Source of the DNA: Chiloscyllium plagiosum
Lineage: Eukaryota
Length of the DNA stretch: 20,000 nucleotides
NCBI RefSeq assembly: GCF_004010195.1
Contig: NC_057718.1
Coordinates: 67,171,301 to 67,191,300 of the forward strand
Reading direction: 5' to 3'
The notes below the pieces were generated by a model. The model did not search any database. It saw only the letters and a program-made list of their open reading frames with translations, and had not been told where the DNA came from. The position numbers and the translations under genes are program-made. Every line of letters starts with the position of its first letter. The stretch's first letter is position 1. Positions 19,160-20,000 of this stretch are shown in pieces.

Positions 19160-19470
19160 CAGGGTGAGTCCAGAACTAAGGGCATAGGTTTAGGGTGAGA
19201 GGGGAAAGATACAAAAGAGACTTAAGAGGCAACTTATTCATGCAGAGGGTGATACGTGTGTGGAATAAGCTGCCAGACGAAGTGGTGGAGGCTAGTACAA
19301 TTGCAACATTTAATAAAAGGCATCTGGATGGGTGAATATGAATAGGAAGTGTTTGGAGGGATATGGACTGGGTGATGGCAGGTGGGACTAGATTGGATTG
19401 GGATACCTGGTCGGCATGGACAAGTTGGACCGAAGGGTCTGTTTCCGTGTGAACAACTCTATGACTCTCT
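19160..19470 (+). mobile_element. CR1 3' fragment
   Basis: GAGTCCAGAACTAAGGGCATAGG...TGGAATAAGCTGCCAG...GGTCTGTTTCCGTGTGAACAACTCTATGACTCT. Confidence 0.95.
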
Positions 19471-19653
19471 GGCTGGCTCAGCCGAGCTCAGCTCAATGGA
19501 GATACTGAGAGACTAGAGTCTTTTATGAAGCAGGCATTTCTGGTGCAGTGAAAGCAAATTTACAGGCTTCTGTCAGGGTATCCCAAGGCAATGCCAATCT
19601 TTGTCCAGCAGATGGAGGGGTCCATCCCTGCCTTGAATAACATAAAGTCTCAG

Positions 19654-20000
19654 ATAGAGTCATAGAGTCATAGTCATAGAGATGTACAGCATGGAAACAG
19701 ACCCTTCAGTCCAACCCATCCATGCCGACCAGATATCCCAACCCAATCTAGTCCCACCTGCCAGCGCCCGGTCCATATCCCTCCAAACCCTTCCTATTCA
19801 TATACCCATCCAAATGCCTCTTAAATGTTGCAATTGTACCAGCCTCCACCACATCTTCTGGCAGCTCATTCCATACACATACCACCCTCTGCGTGAAAAC
19901 GTTGCCCCTTGGGTCACTTTTATATCTTTCCCCTCTCACCCTAAACCTATGCCCTCTAGTTCTGGACTCCCCAACCCCAGGGAAAAGACTTTGCCTATTT
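19654..20000 (-). mobile_element. Young CR1 3' fragment, runs off the window end
   Basis: ORF 19748-19939 RGNVFTQRVVCVWNELPEDVVEAG, with a (GACTCTAT)n tail at 19654-19680. Confidence 0.96.

Overview
Repeat-dense vertebrate genomic DNA, almost certainly from an elasmobranch (shark), inferred from an HE1-type V-SINE and shark-type CR1 3' ends. Roughly two-thirds of the window is decayed retroelements. These include about ten CR1 LINE fragments, one a near-full-length ~3.96 kb copy (8803-12760, minus strand; zinc-finger/SGNH-esterase ORF1, EN-RT ORF2) nested in an older LINE. There are also two TSD-flanked Penelope-like pLTR fragments with hammerhead-ribozyme motifs (one a palindrome) and a probable solo LTR. 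Most ORF-track entries are LINE remnants or spurious. Between the repeats, on the + strand, lies a phase-compatible chain of short candidate exons of an unidentified host gene (7 nt, 90 nt, 42 nt and a stop-containing exon). A perfect 18-bp inverted repeat overlaps the branch-point region of the 7-nt microexon. No gene symbol could be assigned, and there are no prokaryotic systems.
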